Below are positions 1 to 13,003 of a stretch of 64,000 nucleotides of DNA, piece by piece (the first letter of the stretch is position 1; every line of letters begins with the position of its first letter). Both the position numbers and the translations under genes were made by a program. The notes below the pieces were generated by a model. The model saw nothing but the letters and a program-made list of their open reading frames with translations, had not been told where the DNA came from and ran no database searches. This stretch comes from Octopus vulgaris (Eukaryota). The DNA lies in contig OX597828.1 of the NCBI GenBank assembly GCA_951406725.2, forward strand, positions 73,532,001 through 73,596,000, given 5' to 3'.

Positions 1-68
1 TGGGGCAAGGCTGGCCCCTTTGAAATGCAGGTACAACTCATTTTTGCCAGCTGAGTGGACTGGGGAAC
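1..68 (-). mobile_element. Fragment of the tRNA-derived SINE family seen at 7581-7907
   Basis: Reverse complement (ccagtccactcagctggcaaaaatgagttgtacc...) matches about 7690-7755. Confidence 0.8.
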
Positions 69-819
69 TAAACATCTCGCCACGCAGCCACATTTATACG
101 TTCATATTTATAAACGTATTTAATATGTGCATGTGTGTATGTATGTATGTATGTGTGTGTGCGTGTGTGTATGGCTGCGTGTGTGTGCGCGCCTGCGTCC
201 GTTTGTGTATATATATCTATACACACGAGATATGAATTCAATCTACTGGTTCTTCTCCCACACACCCCACCGTTTTTCCTCGAACAAACAAGGCTACGAG
301 TGAGCAGGGGTAAGTAATATTTTAACACCCCAAGGGTTGAAATTATAAGTCTCTATGAACCTATGGGACGCTATCATTGTCGAGAGCAATAATGAATCAT
401 TAACCTTACAATTTCATTAAATTATTGTTGTCCTGAACACTTAAAACCATTTTCTCCTGGGATACTCGAGACTTCATCAGAGAATAGCTAGGTATTTGAT
501 TATTGAATATTGAATATTTGATTGAAGATAAAATGGTGCTTCCCTGATTGCCGTTTATCACCAATACTCAAAAAAGTATCTGGACAGCTTGAAATAGCAC
601 ACATGCGTCATTCAAGTTGTGCCAAGCACACGCGTTAAAGTAACCCCTTTATGCAAAATAAGGTGGAATTAAGAGGAGCTGTGTCTCATTGAAACAGACG
701 AGTTAGTCCTTGCTGGAGTATTTCTAATCACAAGTCTGCTCAAGCACCACGAAAGTTGGTTAAACAATTTAGTGTTTGACCTCAATATAAACAATATATT
801 CGCTCATTTAAAGTTTTAC

Positions 820-863
<44 letters not shown>

Positions 864-874
864 CACACACATAT

Positions 875-928
<54 letters not shown>

Positions 929-1587
929 CATATATACGTCATACTTACTGAGAAGTATCTAAACAAAATTCAATACATGGGCCTAAATTTTAATCAACCC
1001 TTTAAATAATTTGGCTACTCCGATTTTATCACGGCAGGTTTTGATACACACCTCATCATTATGTCAGGAAGTAACTGAAGATGGCGACTCAAATGTACTC
1101 ATGATGACGAAGAATGTCGTATGGTATGAGAGACTACAACATCGATAGACATAATGGCGTGCAGTATTGACTCCATGATTTGAAATGACTGTGGCCAGGA
1201 CAACTATCAAATATAACTGTCCATCAATTGTTTTGATATACGCCATGCTGTAGTTATCAAACAGTCTGAGCTCCGAATATACAAGTGGTATACGGTAGTA
1301 AGAAACTATAAGATTAAGAGGTGCGGTTTCAAACTATAGACGCTTACACTATTATAGCATATACGTTGCATGAGACAAGAAAATTATGCATATTTTGTGC
1401 AGAAATTGCAATCTTAAATTTTTTTCACTATACATGATTTACAGACGTATATAAATAATTATACCTTCGATTGCGTTTTTTGTATTTTTTCGGTAAATTC
1501 TGGATGACAATTGGTGTGTTGAAACAAATCTTGTGATTTGGGAGTGTCGATAAACCAATAATAATAATAATAATAATAATAATAATC

Positions 1588-1645
<58 letters not shown>

Positions 1646-1646
<1 letters not shown>

Positions 1647-2813
1647 CTGCAAAAATATCTACTTCAGAAGGAAGGAAAACTGATACAAATAGCGGCAAAA
1701 CACGAGCAAAACAAAAAAATGTTCTCAGTATTTAAGGAAGCTGACAAATACAAACAAGAAATCATACCACTTAACAAATATGAAGAAGAAGAAGAAGAAG
1801 AAGAAGAAGAAGAAGAAGAAGAAGAAGAAGAAGAAGAAGAAGAAGAAGAAGAAGAAGAAGAAGAAGAAGAAGAAGAAGAAAACACAACAAAAGCTATAAA
1901 GCAAATGAAATCAAAACTAAAACTAAAACAGCAACGGACCATGATAAAACAATGGTAAGAAAAGCCCCTTCATGGCAAGTACTGAACTAAACTAAATGCA
2001 AAAGAAATAGACAAAGAAAAATCCCAGCAATGGTTGAGAAGCTCAGGACTCAAAGCAGAGACAGAGGGATTTTTAATTGCAGCACAAGACCAAAACATCT
2101 CCACCAGAAATTACCAAAAACATGTAATGAAAAGAAACATAACAAGTAACTGCAGAATATGTGGAGATGGACAAGAAACAATAAATCATATTATCTCTGG
2201 CTGCCCAGTCCTGGCTAAGAAGGAATATATTCACAGACACGACAGAGTTGGGACCTACATACACTGGAAGCTATGCCAACATTATGGAATAACAACAGAA
2301 AAAGGATTGTATAGGCACACACCAGAAAAGGTCACAGAAAACGATAAAGCAACTATACTCTGAGATATGCCAATACACACAAATAGAGAAATTAAGGCCA
2401 GCAGACCAGATATAGTTCTCAGAGATCATGAAGAAAAGAAATGCTTTCTAATTGATGTATCATTACCGGTAGATGACAACGAGTCTCTAAAAGAAATGGG
2501 GAAACTTTCAAAATACCAAGACCTGGAAATAGAGGTAACCAGAATGTGGAATCAAAAAACCGAAACAATTCCTATCATAGTAAGTGCATTAGGCATGATA
2601 AAAAATATTCAGACAAATACATAACAAAAACACCAGGACTTACAAACACATATAACATACAGAAAATTGCACTACTAGGCACTGCACACATCCTACGCAG
2701 AACACTTTCCATACAATAACCATCAGAGCATCACAACAAATCACAGCACATACCCAAGGCATACAGAGCTGCGCTCGGTAGTGAAGTGAAAGCACGTTAT
2801 AAAAATAAAACTA

Positions 2814-2816
<3 letters not shown>
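1646..2816 (+). mobile_element. 5'-truncated RLE-type non-LTR retrotransposon (R4/Dong-like), family A, pseudogenised
   Basis: ORF pieces 1719-2624 give WLRSSGLKAETEGFLIAAQDQ, a zinc knuckle CRIC...ETINHIISGC, RHD, and the RLE motif RPDIV...LIDVS...KYQDL; in-frame stops; (AAT)n on both sides. Confidence 0.92.
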
Positions 2817-2910
<94 letters not shown>

Positions 2911-2915
2911 GTAAT

Positions 2916-2961
<46 letters not shown>

Positions 2962-3052
2962 GTAATTATAATAATAATAGTAATTATAATAATAATAACA
3001 TGCGCACTGGTTCAAAATTACTTTTTTCATTGTTATTCAATTCGCTAAATGT

Positions 3053-3182
3053 ATTTACATTATTCACTTTTGACGGATATTTGTCCCCATCTTGTTTGTT
3101 GTTAACACAACGTTTCGGTTGACATACAATCCAACCTTCCTCATGTGTCTTGGGTAAAGTTCAAACCTGAGTATTTTTCGAT

Positions 3183-3267
<85 letters not shown>

Positions 3268-3369
3268 TCAATGCCTGGACATCGAAGTCGGAATCGTCGG
3301 GTTAATGACGTAGTGGTTTAGAGCGCGGGCTACTAACCCCGAGATTCCGAGTTCGATTCCAGGCAGTGA

Positions 3370-3431
<62 letters not shown>

Positions 3432-3595
3432 TCGAAAAGTACCTCAGGAATGAGAACCCAGGTTCGAAATTTCCCCAAGACACCTGATGAAGGCTGGAGG
3501 GTATATCAGCCGAAACGTTTTATTAACAAGAAACAAGATGAGGACAAATATCTATCAAATGTACATAATTCCTCATCTCTTAAATATAGAACTGG
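3053..3595. mobile_element. Head-to-head inverted pair of a tRNA-headed SINE containing (AAT)n and a hammerhead motif, with 13-bp TSD
   Basis: About 3053-3304 is the diverged reverse complement of about 3335-3570. A-box-like TGACGTAGTGG at 3306-3316 and B box GTTCGATTC at 3351-3359. Direct repeat attcgctaaatgt at 3040-3052 and 3596-3608. Confidence 0.8.
3479..3524 (+). ncRNA. Minimal type I hammerhead ribozyme motif (core intact, stem I decayed in this copy)
   Basis: gacac-CTGATGA-a-ggctgg/tcagcc-GAAA-cg-TT. The inverted copy (3104-3149, minus) keeps stem I gacac/gtgtt but has C3>A. Confidence 0.75.
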
Positions 3596-3799
3596 ATTCG
3601 CTAAATGTTCAACTAACTAATCGATTGTTTGTTTAGTTTTCTGGTTCGACAATAAAATGATTGTTTGTTAGTCAGAGACCTCTTGTTATTAGTGACCTTC
3701 TCAGTGACTTGTCCATCCCCTCAACGTCTATTCTCAGTGCGTGTATTAGTTTTATTGTTGGCGTAATGACGTCCCCAAGCCATGACAAGATATATTGTT

Positions 3800-4285
3800 T
3801 ATCTTTTACTTGTTTTAGTCAAGTGCCTGGTGGCCATGCTGGGGCACTGTTTTAAAGAATTTTAATCGAACGAATCAACCACAGAACTTATTTTTTGAGC
3901 TTGATATTTATTCTATCAATTTCCTTTCGCCGGACTGCTATATATAATTATAATTAAGTGTACCGAAAACGCACCACTATGCCAGAAATAGCAGATAAGA
4001 TTGACTCTAGTGCCACATCATGTGATTCTAGAGTCAGTTTTGACTTCTATGTCTGGCATGGTGATGCCTCTTCAGGACCCCGAATTGTAATTATATTTAT
4101 GTTATTATATATCAATAATAATTATTACCGGATCTTTCATTAACCGTCTACTAAATCTACTCAAAGTGCTTTGGTCGGCCTGAGGCTAAATTAGAAGACG
4201 CTTGCCCAAGGTGCTACGTAGTGCGACTGAGCCCAAAACGATGTGGTTGGTAAGCAACCTTCCTATCACAGAGCAACGCCTGCGC
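3800..4285 (-). mobile_element. Old tRNA-derived SINE with CORE-like domain (same family as 47640-48023)
   Basis: cttgcccaaggtgc CORE-like block and ggccatgctgg tail align with 47640-48023. Confidence 0.7.
3942..4096. mobile_element. Palindromic MITE-like hairpin inside the SINE
   Basis: Long imperfect inverted repeat, e.g. gcaccactatgccaga/tctggcatggtgatgc and tgactctag/ctagagtca. Confidence 0.6.
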
Positions 4286-4734
4286 CTATACAATTTAATG
4301 TAATGTTGTTGTCGATCTTTGTCGTCTTCCACCGTTTCTTTCTGCATTTCGGATGTTTTACAATAAACGATGTTAGACAAACTTTAATTCATTGCGACAT
4401 ATTATTGAATAGCTTTTTAGAAATGTCACACTATGTGTGAGTTTATGTGTGAGTGTGTCCGCATGTGTGTGGCCAATTACTTTTCTTTAATTATATTTCA
4501 TTTTAATTAAATTGAATTCATTCGATTTATATACTGACAAGATCCGATAAAATCACACTTTAAAAATTCTTGTATTTTTCGCGTGATATATACATATACA
4601 TCCATACATACACATATATATATATGTGTGCGTATGAGTGGGTGTATTTATATATATATATATTTATATATATATATATATAGGTACATACTCATATAAT
4701 CATATATATATCAATGCATAAGTATATGTACATA

Positions 4735-4824
<90 letters not shown>

Positions 4825-5177
4825 GTATATATATATATATATATGATATATATGCGTATGTCTATGTATGTGTATATATATAAAGGTATAAATATGTATA
4901 TATATTTATATTTGTGTGTATATATATATATACATACCTATATTATACATACATGTATATATACATATACACATACACACACACACACATATATTTGAAA
5001 TTTACGTAATCAAGTTTTGCCTCCAGTTTCTGTTTATATATGTGCAATTAAAGTGTTAAATTGATACTTTACTATGAAGGTCCATGAAAAAAAAAGGGGC
5101 TGTTATGAACTTTAATAATTTTGCCTAGAGCTTTCTATATAACATTAAGAAACTTCAGTTGTTTTTCTACAAACTAT

Positions 5178-5219
<42 letters not shown>

Positions 5220-5645
5220 CACACGCCCAGAGAAACAAATCTATTTCATACACCAAATAAAAACATTTTAAGTGTCAGAACCTGCAACAACTCCGACGTG
5301 AGGACAGTAAATTTCTATAAACAAACAAAATTATAATTCAATAAGTGATATAATCATATTTTAAATTCTGATTCCGAAATATCATTAGTTATAAAATCCC
5401 TTTAGTTGAAACGTAGTTGATTGATTAATTAAGTAAAATGCTAATTACAATTAGTGTTGATTTATTAGTTTTGCTATTTTGTTTTCCTAATTGCGCTATT
5501 CATGGTTCTTCTCTTAAATTTGCGTACTTAAAAGGCTATTATTATTAATACCAGTATCGTCGTCGTCGTTGTCGTCGTCGTCGTTGTCATCGTCATCATC
5601 GTTAGTATCATTAACATCACCATCATCATCATCATTATCATCATC

Positions 5646-5677
<32 letters not shown>

Positions 5678-5808
5678 CCTCATCATCATCAACATCATCA
5701 TCATCGCCATCATCATCAATACCATCTTCGATGTCATCATCATCAACATCATCTTCGTCGTCGTCGTCCTCATCATTGTAACAAACTTTATCAGTAGTAG
5801 TAGTGGTA

Positions 5809-5841
<33 letters not shown>

Positions 5842-5897
5842 ATATTGATAGTGGTGGTAGTGGTAGTACTTCTATTATTGTTGTATTATTATTATTA

Positions 5898-5974
<77 letters not shown>

Positions 5975-6009
5975 GTTGTTGTTGTTGTTGCTGTTGTTTT
6001 ACTTTTACG

Positions 6010-6290
6010 ATTGTTGGAAAAATTTCTTGACATCGGTCTAACCTCAGATGCCAAGAACCTTTCTACGTATCCTATCTGCCCTTAAGAATACTGTTTTCTG
6101 GTGTTGCACTAAACTGGGTTTTATGCCTACTTCCTCGATCCATATGTTGAAATCTTTACGGTTAGTTCCTAACGCACCTACAGTTACGGGGATATATTTT
6201 AGCCGCACTTTCCGTAGACTGCATCTCAAAGGCTACGCCCTGGTACTTCGACATTTTTTCTATACCTCTCATAATGATATTTTCCTTATT
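6010..6290 (-). mobile_element. 3' end of an RLE non-LTR retrotransposon
   Basis: YIPVTVGALGT...QKTVFLRADRIRRKVL resembles the C-terminus of ORF 27690-28784 (IPVIVGALG...QKIVL..SHVLRRAL); microsatellite tail at 5885-5995. Confidence 0.75.
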
Positions 6291-6299
6291 TTGGACTGT

Positions 6300-6801
6300 A
6301 AAGTTAAGTATTGTTCGCTGGAGCTCCTGGAATCTTACATGAGTAGCGGGCTTGCTACCTGCAGCCTACGATACCATGCTATCCATTCTTTTCAGCTATT
6401 CAATACTTCCCTGGTTATTCTGACCGTCCGAAAGAGGCAAACCTTTTGTAACAGTTCTACTGGGCACTCTATTCCAATTTCGTTTATATTCCTCTTAATG
6501 CCTTCTGATACTGTTCCCTAGGACCCAACAATGATTGGCCCTATCTTCACCTTTATTTTCAATGGCCGGGCTATTTCGTAATTATATATATCTATCTTTT
6601 CGCCTTCCTTCTTGATTATTCGTGGGTCAAAGGGGTATACAACGTCAACTATATAGTACATGTGGTGCACATTGTCCACCACCACTGGTTCTGGTCTGTT
6701 ATGCTCTAGCACCTGATCTGTTTGGATTGGGAAATCCCAGAGAATTTTGCAAGTCTCCAACTCTGCTACATTACGTGGTTTGTGCTAATACCACATCCTG
6801 C

Positions 6802-6852
<51 letters not shown>

Positions 6853-7045
6853 TCTCTCTCCCCCTCTCTCTCTCTCTCTCTCTCTAGCTCCCAATATTTG
6901 CACAGCTTCCATTTTAACACTTCCGCTACCTCATCGTGTCCCCACAACTTACAGTGGTTTTGGGCAAGGCTAGGTCATTCGTTCCTCATATGAGCAATGG
7001 TTTCGTCCACTCTGCTACAGATGCGGCACAGTGGAGACGCTTAAC
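6300..7045 (-). mobile_element. 3' fragment of another RLE non-LTR retrotransposon family
   Basis: Minus-strand translation SPLCRICSRVDETIAH (zinc knuckle), KILWDFPIQTDQVLEHNRP and PIIVGS*GTV...LLQKVCL; internal (CT)n expansion. Confidence 0.8.
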
Positions 7046-7049
7046 ATTA

Positions 7050-9060
7050 TTTTCTTTATACAATAGTCTAATTTTTATAACATGCTTTCACTGCACGTCT
7101 GAGTGCAGCTTTGTGTGCCTTGGGTATATGATGTAGTTTGTTGTGGTGCTCTTATTTTCCCTTTATTGAAATTGATTTGCGTAGGAAGTGTGGAGTGCCT
7201 AGTAGTGCTATTTTCTGTACGTTATATATACTCGTAGATCATGGTGTTTTTGTTATGTATCTTGTTTTTCGCATTGAGTTCTGTTTTCAGTATTAATCTT
7301 ATTCGTCTATAGTATAGATTTCTTAGCTTTTATTTCATTTGTGAGTGTTATATCGTGTCTAGTTCATTGATTCCTAAGTAGCTGTATGTCTGACTTTGGT
7401 TCAATTCTCTTATCTCATCTGGTTTATTTAGTGTGATGTCGTTACACTTAACTAGTTTTCCTCTTTTCAAGATTGCTTGAAACCTTGACACATTTTTTCT
7501 AAGGCAAATTTCATGTTTATTTTTTTGGTAAATCCATATACTCTCTGTAGTAATTGTCCTACTGTTTATCATGTGAAACAGTGAGGGCGCGTGGCTTAGT
7601 GGTTAGGGCATTCGGCTCATGATCGTAAGGTTGTGAGTTCGATTCCCGGCGACGCGTTGTGTCCTTGAGCAAGACACTTTATTTCACGTTGCTCCAGTCC
7701 ACTCAGCTGGCAAAAATGAGTTGTACTTGTATTTCAAAGGGTCGGCCTTGTCACTCTCTGTGTCACGCTGATTATCCCCGAGAACTACGTTAAGGGTACA
7801 CGTGTCTGTGGAATGCTCAGTCATTTGCACGTTAATTTTACGAGCAAGCTGTTCCGTTGATCGTATCAGCTGGGACCCTCGTCGTCGTAACCGGCGGAGT
7901 CTTTTAAATCATGTGAAACATAGTTTTAAATCATGTTTGATTGTTTTGCCGTAAAAGTTGTCTCCACATCCAGTTCTGTTTAACATTTCAGATTAAGGTA
8001 TCAGTGCCAAGCAAATAATACGTGGAGAGAGCGTTTCTTCCGGGAATATTCCTCTCCTTGTGGAGATGGGTTTGGTTTTTATGATTCCCTCTTTTGTCTG
8101 GAGCTCTAGCACAGTTTGCCATTTATTCATAGAATATTTTATATCTTTTATGATTATGGGTGCTACTTTGTTCATGGCTAGTGTATCAAGGATCCATGTG
8201 CGGGGAATTCTGTCAAAAGTCTTCCGACAATCGATCCAAGCTATACTTAGGCCCTTCTTTTCCCTATGGCTATCTTCAATAGCTGATATTTACATCCATA
8301 TGAGCACTTGCAGCAACCCTTCTGCTCATCTGGAAACAGGTTGTTTTCTGCAGATGTTTGCCCATTTTCTGCGATATTATTGCAATAAAGGCTTTGTAAA
8401 TGGTATAGAGACAAGTTATCGGTCTGTACTTTTGTGGGTTTGCCATTGTGTTTGAAAGTAGGATAGTTTTCTCTTCCGAAAGCCATTCAGGCATTGTCTC
8501 TGTCTCTGCTTTTTATATGTTCCAGTTAGACATTTTAATCAGAAGGTGGGGATCTTGTCGTGCCCTGGTGCCTTCCAGTTGCTTAGCTTTTGCAGTGATT
8601 GGGTGACCTCTTCAATTGTTATAAGTGTCCAGAGTTGTTCAGGTGCTGTGTTTGTTCTTTTGATAGATTATTTCTGAGGTTCTTCTTTCGCCCACCATAT
8701 TTCTTTCCAAAATTCTTCCAATTCTTCCACTGTTAGTGCTACATGGATCTCCGTTTGATTTTTGCCAAGTTCTTGGTAGAATCGTTTGAGTTTGGAGTTG
8801 AAGTCTTTGTTTTGTTTAAAGCAACGTTGGAGTTTCCCATACAGATGGATTCTTTATGCTTTGGCGAGGATATCTTGCTTTAGCTGCTCTTTTACCTCAG
8901 ATATACTTGTTCTGTAATTTTGTATTGACGTAGTATTTTTTCTCTTTTGATTGCTTAGTAGTGTTGATTGTCTACTGGGTTCATTAAGGATTGACAGATC
9001 ATTTCTCTTATATTCTGGGGGATTTTTTCCTGTATATGATTTATCCACGGGCTTTGTTTG
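7050..9060 (-). mobile_element. Decayed family-A-related RLE retrotransposon with RT domain remnants and an internal deletion
   Basis: RT motifs YRPITCLYTIYK, RRGIF...LSP and YSYLGINE; 7050-7260 is homologous to the 3' end of family A (2617-2816). Confidence 0.8.
7581..7907 (+). mobile_element. Full-length tRNA-derived SINE with CORE-like domain and 13-bp TSD
   Basis: A box tggcttagtgg, B box gttcgattc, CORE-like gtgtccttgagcaagacacttt; TSD atcatgtgaaaca at 7568-7580 and 7908-7920. Confidence 0.9.
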
Positions 9061-9395
9061 GGTCAGTTATTTTAGGTTCCATTATTTCCGCAGTTATTTA
9101 AATTAAACTGTTTTGTAACTCAATTCTTTCCCCACAACTTTTCTCTCTCGTTTTAGAGTAAATAAATTTCTCTTCTTTATAGTCATATGACCACAGAGTG
9201 ACCAACAGACAGAAATATAATGAATCTATTTTAGAAGCTAATATATAAAGGATATTAAATATGGAGTTGGTGGGGACAAAATAAGTAATTTCTGATTTTT
9301 TGTTCTTTCCTAACCTTTTCGAAATCATTATATCGTATTACATCATTAATTTGCATTGTTGTATCATCTTTGGCACTTAAAGTTGATTAACACAG

Positions 9396-9430
<35 letters not shown>

Positions 9431-10301
9431 GAGAGAGTTTGAAACATAATCCGGCGATACGTGATTATTTTCAAGAAATTTTCCATTCAGCGTTGAACCG
9501 ATAGTAAATGAAATATTTCCTAATGAAATATCTGGATAATTTTTAGTCCTTAACAATTAATATTCTTTCTTCTGCTGGATTCCAAGTCAATTTTTTCCCA
9601 CGCTAATTTGATAATTTTCAACTTTCAAAAAATAATAACTAAATTAGGGGAAAATGAGAAATGATTAATTTCAATTTCTTTTCTTTAACATCATAGCGAC
9701 TAAATATATAATGAAAAGAAACTCCATCATATCATGGAATTATAGAGAATATTCTATACTGAGTTTTTTCATTTAGTCGACTTTCGTCAATTTCATATGT
9801 GTCATTTTTCCAGGCACCTCTTTCACTTGACATTATATATTTTAAAATTTTTTATTGTATTTCTGATCTTTCGAATGTCTAAGGAGAGACATTGATATAT
9901 ATGAGATTTTTTCAAATGTAATTCTGGAGAACTGAAGAGGCAAATTTACCTGTTTTGTCTTACTCATTTTACCCCAGCTAAATTTGTCTTTTCTATGCCA
10001 CCACCCTACCACCCGCCAAAAAGGGAGACAATATTCTAAAGAAGTGTTCTGAATTCTGAATATATTATAGCGTTTTAATGCATTTAGAGAATCTCATTGG
10101 CTTAGTGAACATTTGTAAAACAAATATGTTTTTCTCAAAGTCAAAAATGTAAATACTTCTCATTATGCCTTTCTCCACCTCATAAATAAAACTTTCTTCT
10201 TTCCACTCATATGGCGATAGAGGCCCTAATTGAAAACAAAAGCGCAAGAATTTTTTTGAGTACCAAATAGATAGAAAATGAAATATAACTCTCCGAGAAG
10301 A

Positions 10302-10512
10302 AGCCGGCGAGCTGGGGGAATAGCGAGCACTTGGGACAAAATGCTTAACCTAATATATATCGCTTTCACATTCAGTGTTCAAATGGCACCGAGTTTGATT
10401 TCATCTTGTATTTTGTTCGCGGTTGATGAAATAAGTACCAGTTGAACATTCAGGTGACTGTAATAGCCTTCATCCTCACCCACAATTTTAGACCTTGTAC
10501 CTGTTGCAGAAA
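10302..10512 (+). mobile_element. Degenerate tRNA-derived SINE with Deu/Nin-like domain
   Basis: Colinear with 22458-22666 (ggcgagctgg...ttcaaat...aagtaccagtt). Confidence 0.6.
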
Positions 10513-10674
10513 GTTATAGTTCTGCTCGAATATATAGAGTGGGCCAAAAGTCACGCACAAAATAAGTCCAGTACACTCCACTATTTTCGAAGAGACCCAT
10601 TATTTTTTCTAAAATTGAATGAAATAAAATAGTAATTAATCCAGACATTCTTCAACATGATGAATAATAATAAT

Positions 10675-10875
10675 CCTTTCTACAAAAGGCCTGAATATTT
10701 GGGGGACGAGATTAGTCGATTACATCGACCCCAGTGTTTTACTGGTACTTAGTTTATTGACCTCGAAAGGATGAAAGGCACAGTCGACCTCGGCGAAATT
10801 TGAACTCAGACCGTAATGACGGAAGGTATACTTCTAAGCATTCTGCCCGGCGTGCTAACTATTCTGCCAGCTCCC
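10675..10875 (-). mobile_element. tRNA-derived SINE with Deu/Nin-like domain
   Basis: gaaaggatgaaaggcacagtcgacctcggc is the reverse complement of the Deu/Nin core GCCTTTCATCCTT. Confidence 0.8.
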
Positions 10876-10917
10876 CAGGCCATAAAATTTTACAGTTCTT
10901 TCCGCATAACTCAGATG

Positions 10918-11077
10918 ATGCGCTGTTTATCTTAATATGAGGTCACCCTTTCGCGCACATCTGGTTGTGATGTATGCACTTGTTGTACCCTCATCAAACG
11001 GGTAGTGATGACGGGTATATTAGACTTTGTATATTTGTACCCCAGTGTCACTTTAATGGCATACATTGCTCTCTTAT

Positions 11078-11079
<2 letters not shown>
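10918..11079 (+). mobile_element. 3' fragment of non-coding (AAT)n-tailed element (family C)
   Basis: Homologous to about 20538-20698 and followed by (AAT)n. Confidence 0.75.
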
Positions 11080-11166
<87 letters not shown>

Positions 11167-11618
11167 AAGAAGAAGAAGAAGAAGAAGAGGAATGGCAAAA
11201 AAAAAAAAGGGTTTTGGTGCGTGACTTTTGGTGCGGCTTGTATTGCAAGAGTTGGTCTGAGTGTGTGACTCAGGAACGAAGCCGTGACAGTCGTACCTAT
11301 AAAATAAAAGGATATTGACGAATGGACTTGGAGTATGTAGTTCAATGATTAGATTAAGATTTCTTCAGGGAGCTCTCAAAATATGCAAATTGCGATCTTA
11401 ATCTTCACATAAAACTGTCAGATCCATTCATCAGCGTTGCGAAGCAGAGACTTCCGAACAGAGTCCAGAGCTTCTTTTAATTTCATTTTGAGTATTTCAA
11501 GGAATTTTGGATGCGCGAGATTCTGTCAATAAGTAAAAAAAAAAAACAAAGATATCTTCAATATGTTAAACATTCTCTTTATTTGAATGTATGTGTGCGC
11601 ATTGCTTACTATGTATGC

Positions 11619-11681
<63 letters not shown>

Positions 11682-11705
11682 CACGCACACAGACACACAC
11701 ACATA

Positions 11706-11763
<58 letters not shown>

Positions 11764-11921
11764 TATCTCTGTTTCTATCTATCTGTCTCTTTATATCTAT
11801 ATGTATACGCGCACACAGCACACACACACACACACACATAACATATTTGCAGGATTACAGGCAAGAATATCTGAGTACTTCATACAAATATAAGCACTCA
11901 TATAAATGCATATGCATGAAC

Positions 11922-11988
<67 letters not shown>

Positions 11989-12070
11989 CACACACATTAT
12001 ATATATATATATGTTTACATAAATATATAAATATACATATATGCATACATGTATATGAGTATATATATGC

Positions 12071-12149
<79 letters not shown>

Positions 12150-12201
12150 TATATATATATATACATACATACATACATACATACATACATACATACATAC
12201 A

Positions 12202-12234
<33 letters not shown>

Positions 12235-12560
12235 GTAAAGAACTGCCTGATGTAAAATAGAAGATTGTGTAGAAATATATCCATGGCTGCAGATATTTTG
12301 AACAACAACATAAAACTTGCATTCATAATATTCAAATAAGCTCAAATACTTTTGAATACGGATCTGCAAACTATAAAGATTTGTAAAATAGAATGTTTTT
12401 CCCCCTTTTCTTTTCCTTTTTTTTCTTTTCTTATTCTTCATATTCTTTCTTACACAGAACTGCACTTACTGTGTTTCCATTTTCCCACTAAAATCTAAGG
12501 TCTGCTTAGAAATATCATCCTCATCATCATCATCATTGTCATCGTTAACATCGACCTAAT

Positions 12561-12815
12561 CATCGTCATCGCCACCATCATCATCATTCACATCATCTTA
12601 ATCATCATCATCATCATTATCATCGTCATCATCATCGTCATAAGTATCATCATCATCATCATCAATTATCATCATCATCATCATCATTATCATCATCATC
12701 GTCATCGCCACCATCATCATCATTCACATCATCTTAATCATCATCATCATCATTATCATCGTCATCATCATCGTCATAAGTATCATCATCATCATCATCA
12801 ATTATCATCATCATC
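12561..12815. repeat. Tandem duplication (about 135-bp unit) within a (CAT)n field
   Basis: The same interrupting motifs (gccacc, cattcacatcatctta, cataagtat, caatta) occur twice in the same order. Confidence 0.7.
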
Positions 12816-12829
12816 TTAATCATCATCAT

Positions 12830-12863
<34 letters not shown>

Positions 12864-12963
12864 TGCTTTGTTATTCTTATTATCATCAAGACTATCATGT
12901 CCACCATCATTATAACTATTCTTACTTAAAAAATCACTCTGGAGGCATTGAAACTTTCATTGG

Positions 12964-13003
<40 letters not shown>

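Larger units (their letters stand above)
10535..11240. mobile_element. Tc1/mariner-type MITE with nested insertions
   Basis: 15-bp perfect TIR core ccaaaagtcacgcac (10544-10558) and gtgcgtgacttttgg (11217-11231), each 9 nt inside a TA. Confidence 0.6.

Noticed and set aside
440-490. Minus-strand CTGATGA...GAAA
   Set aside because: Stems I and III do not pair convincingly.
3305-3372. tRNA-like sequences here and at 7584 and 46280
   Set aside because: No closing acceptor stem; they continue into SINE bodies with TSDs, so they are SINE heads and not tRNA genes.
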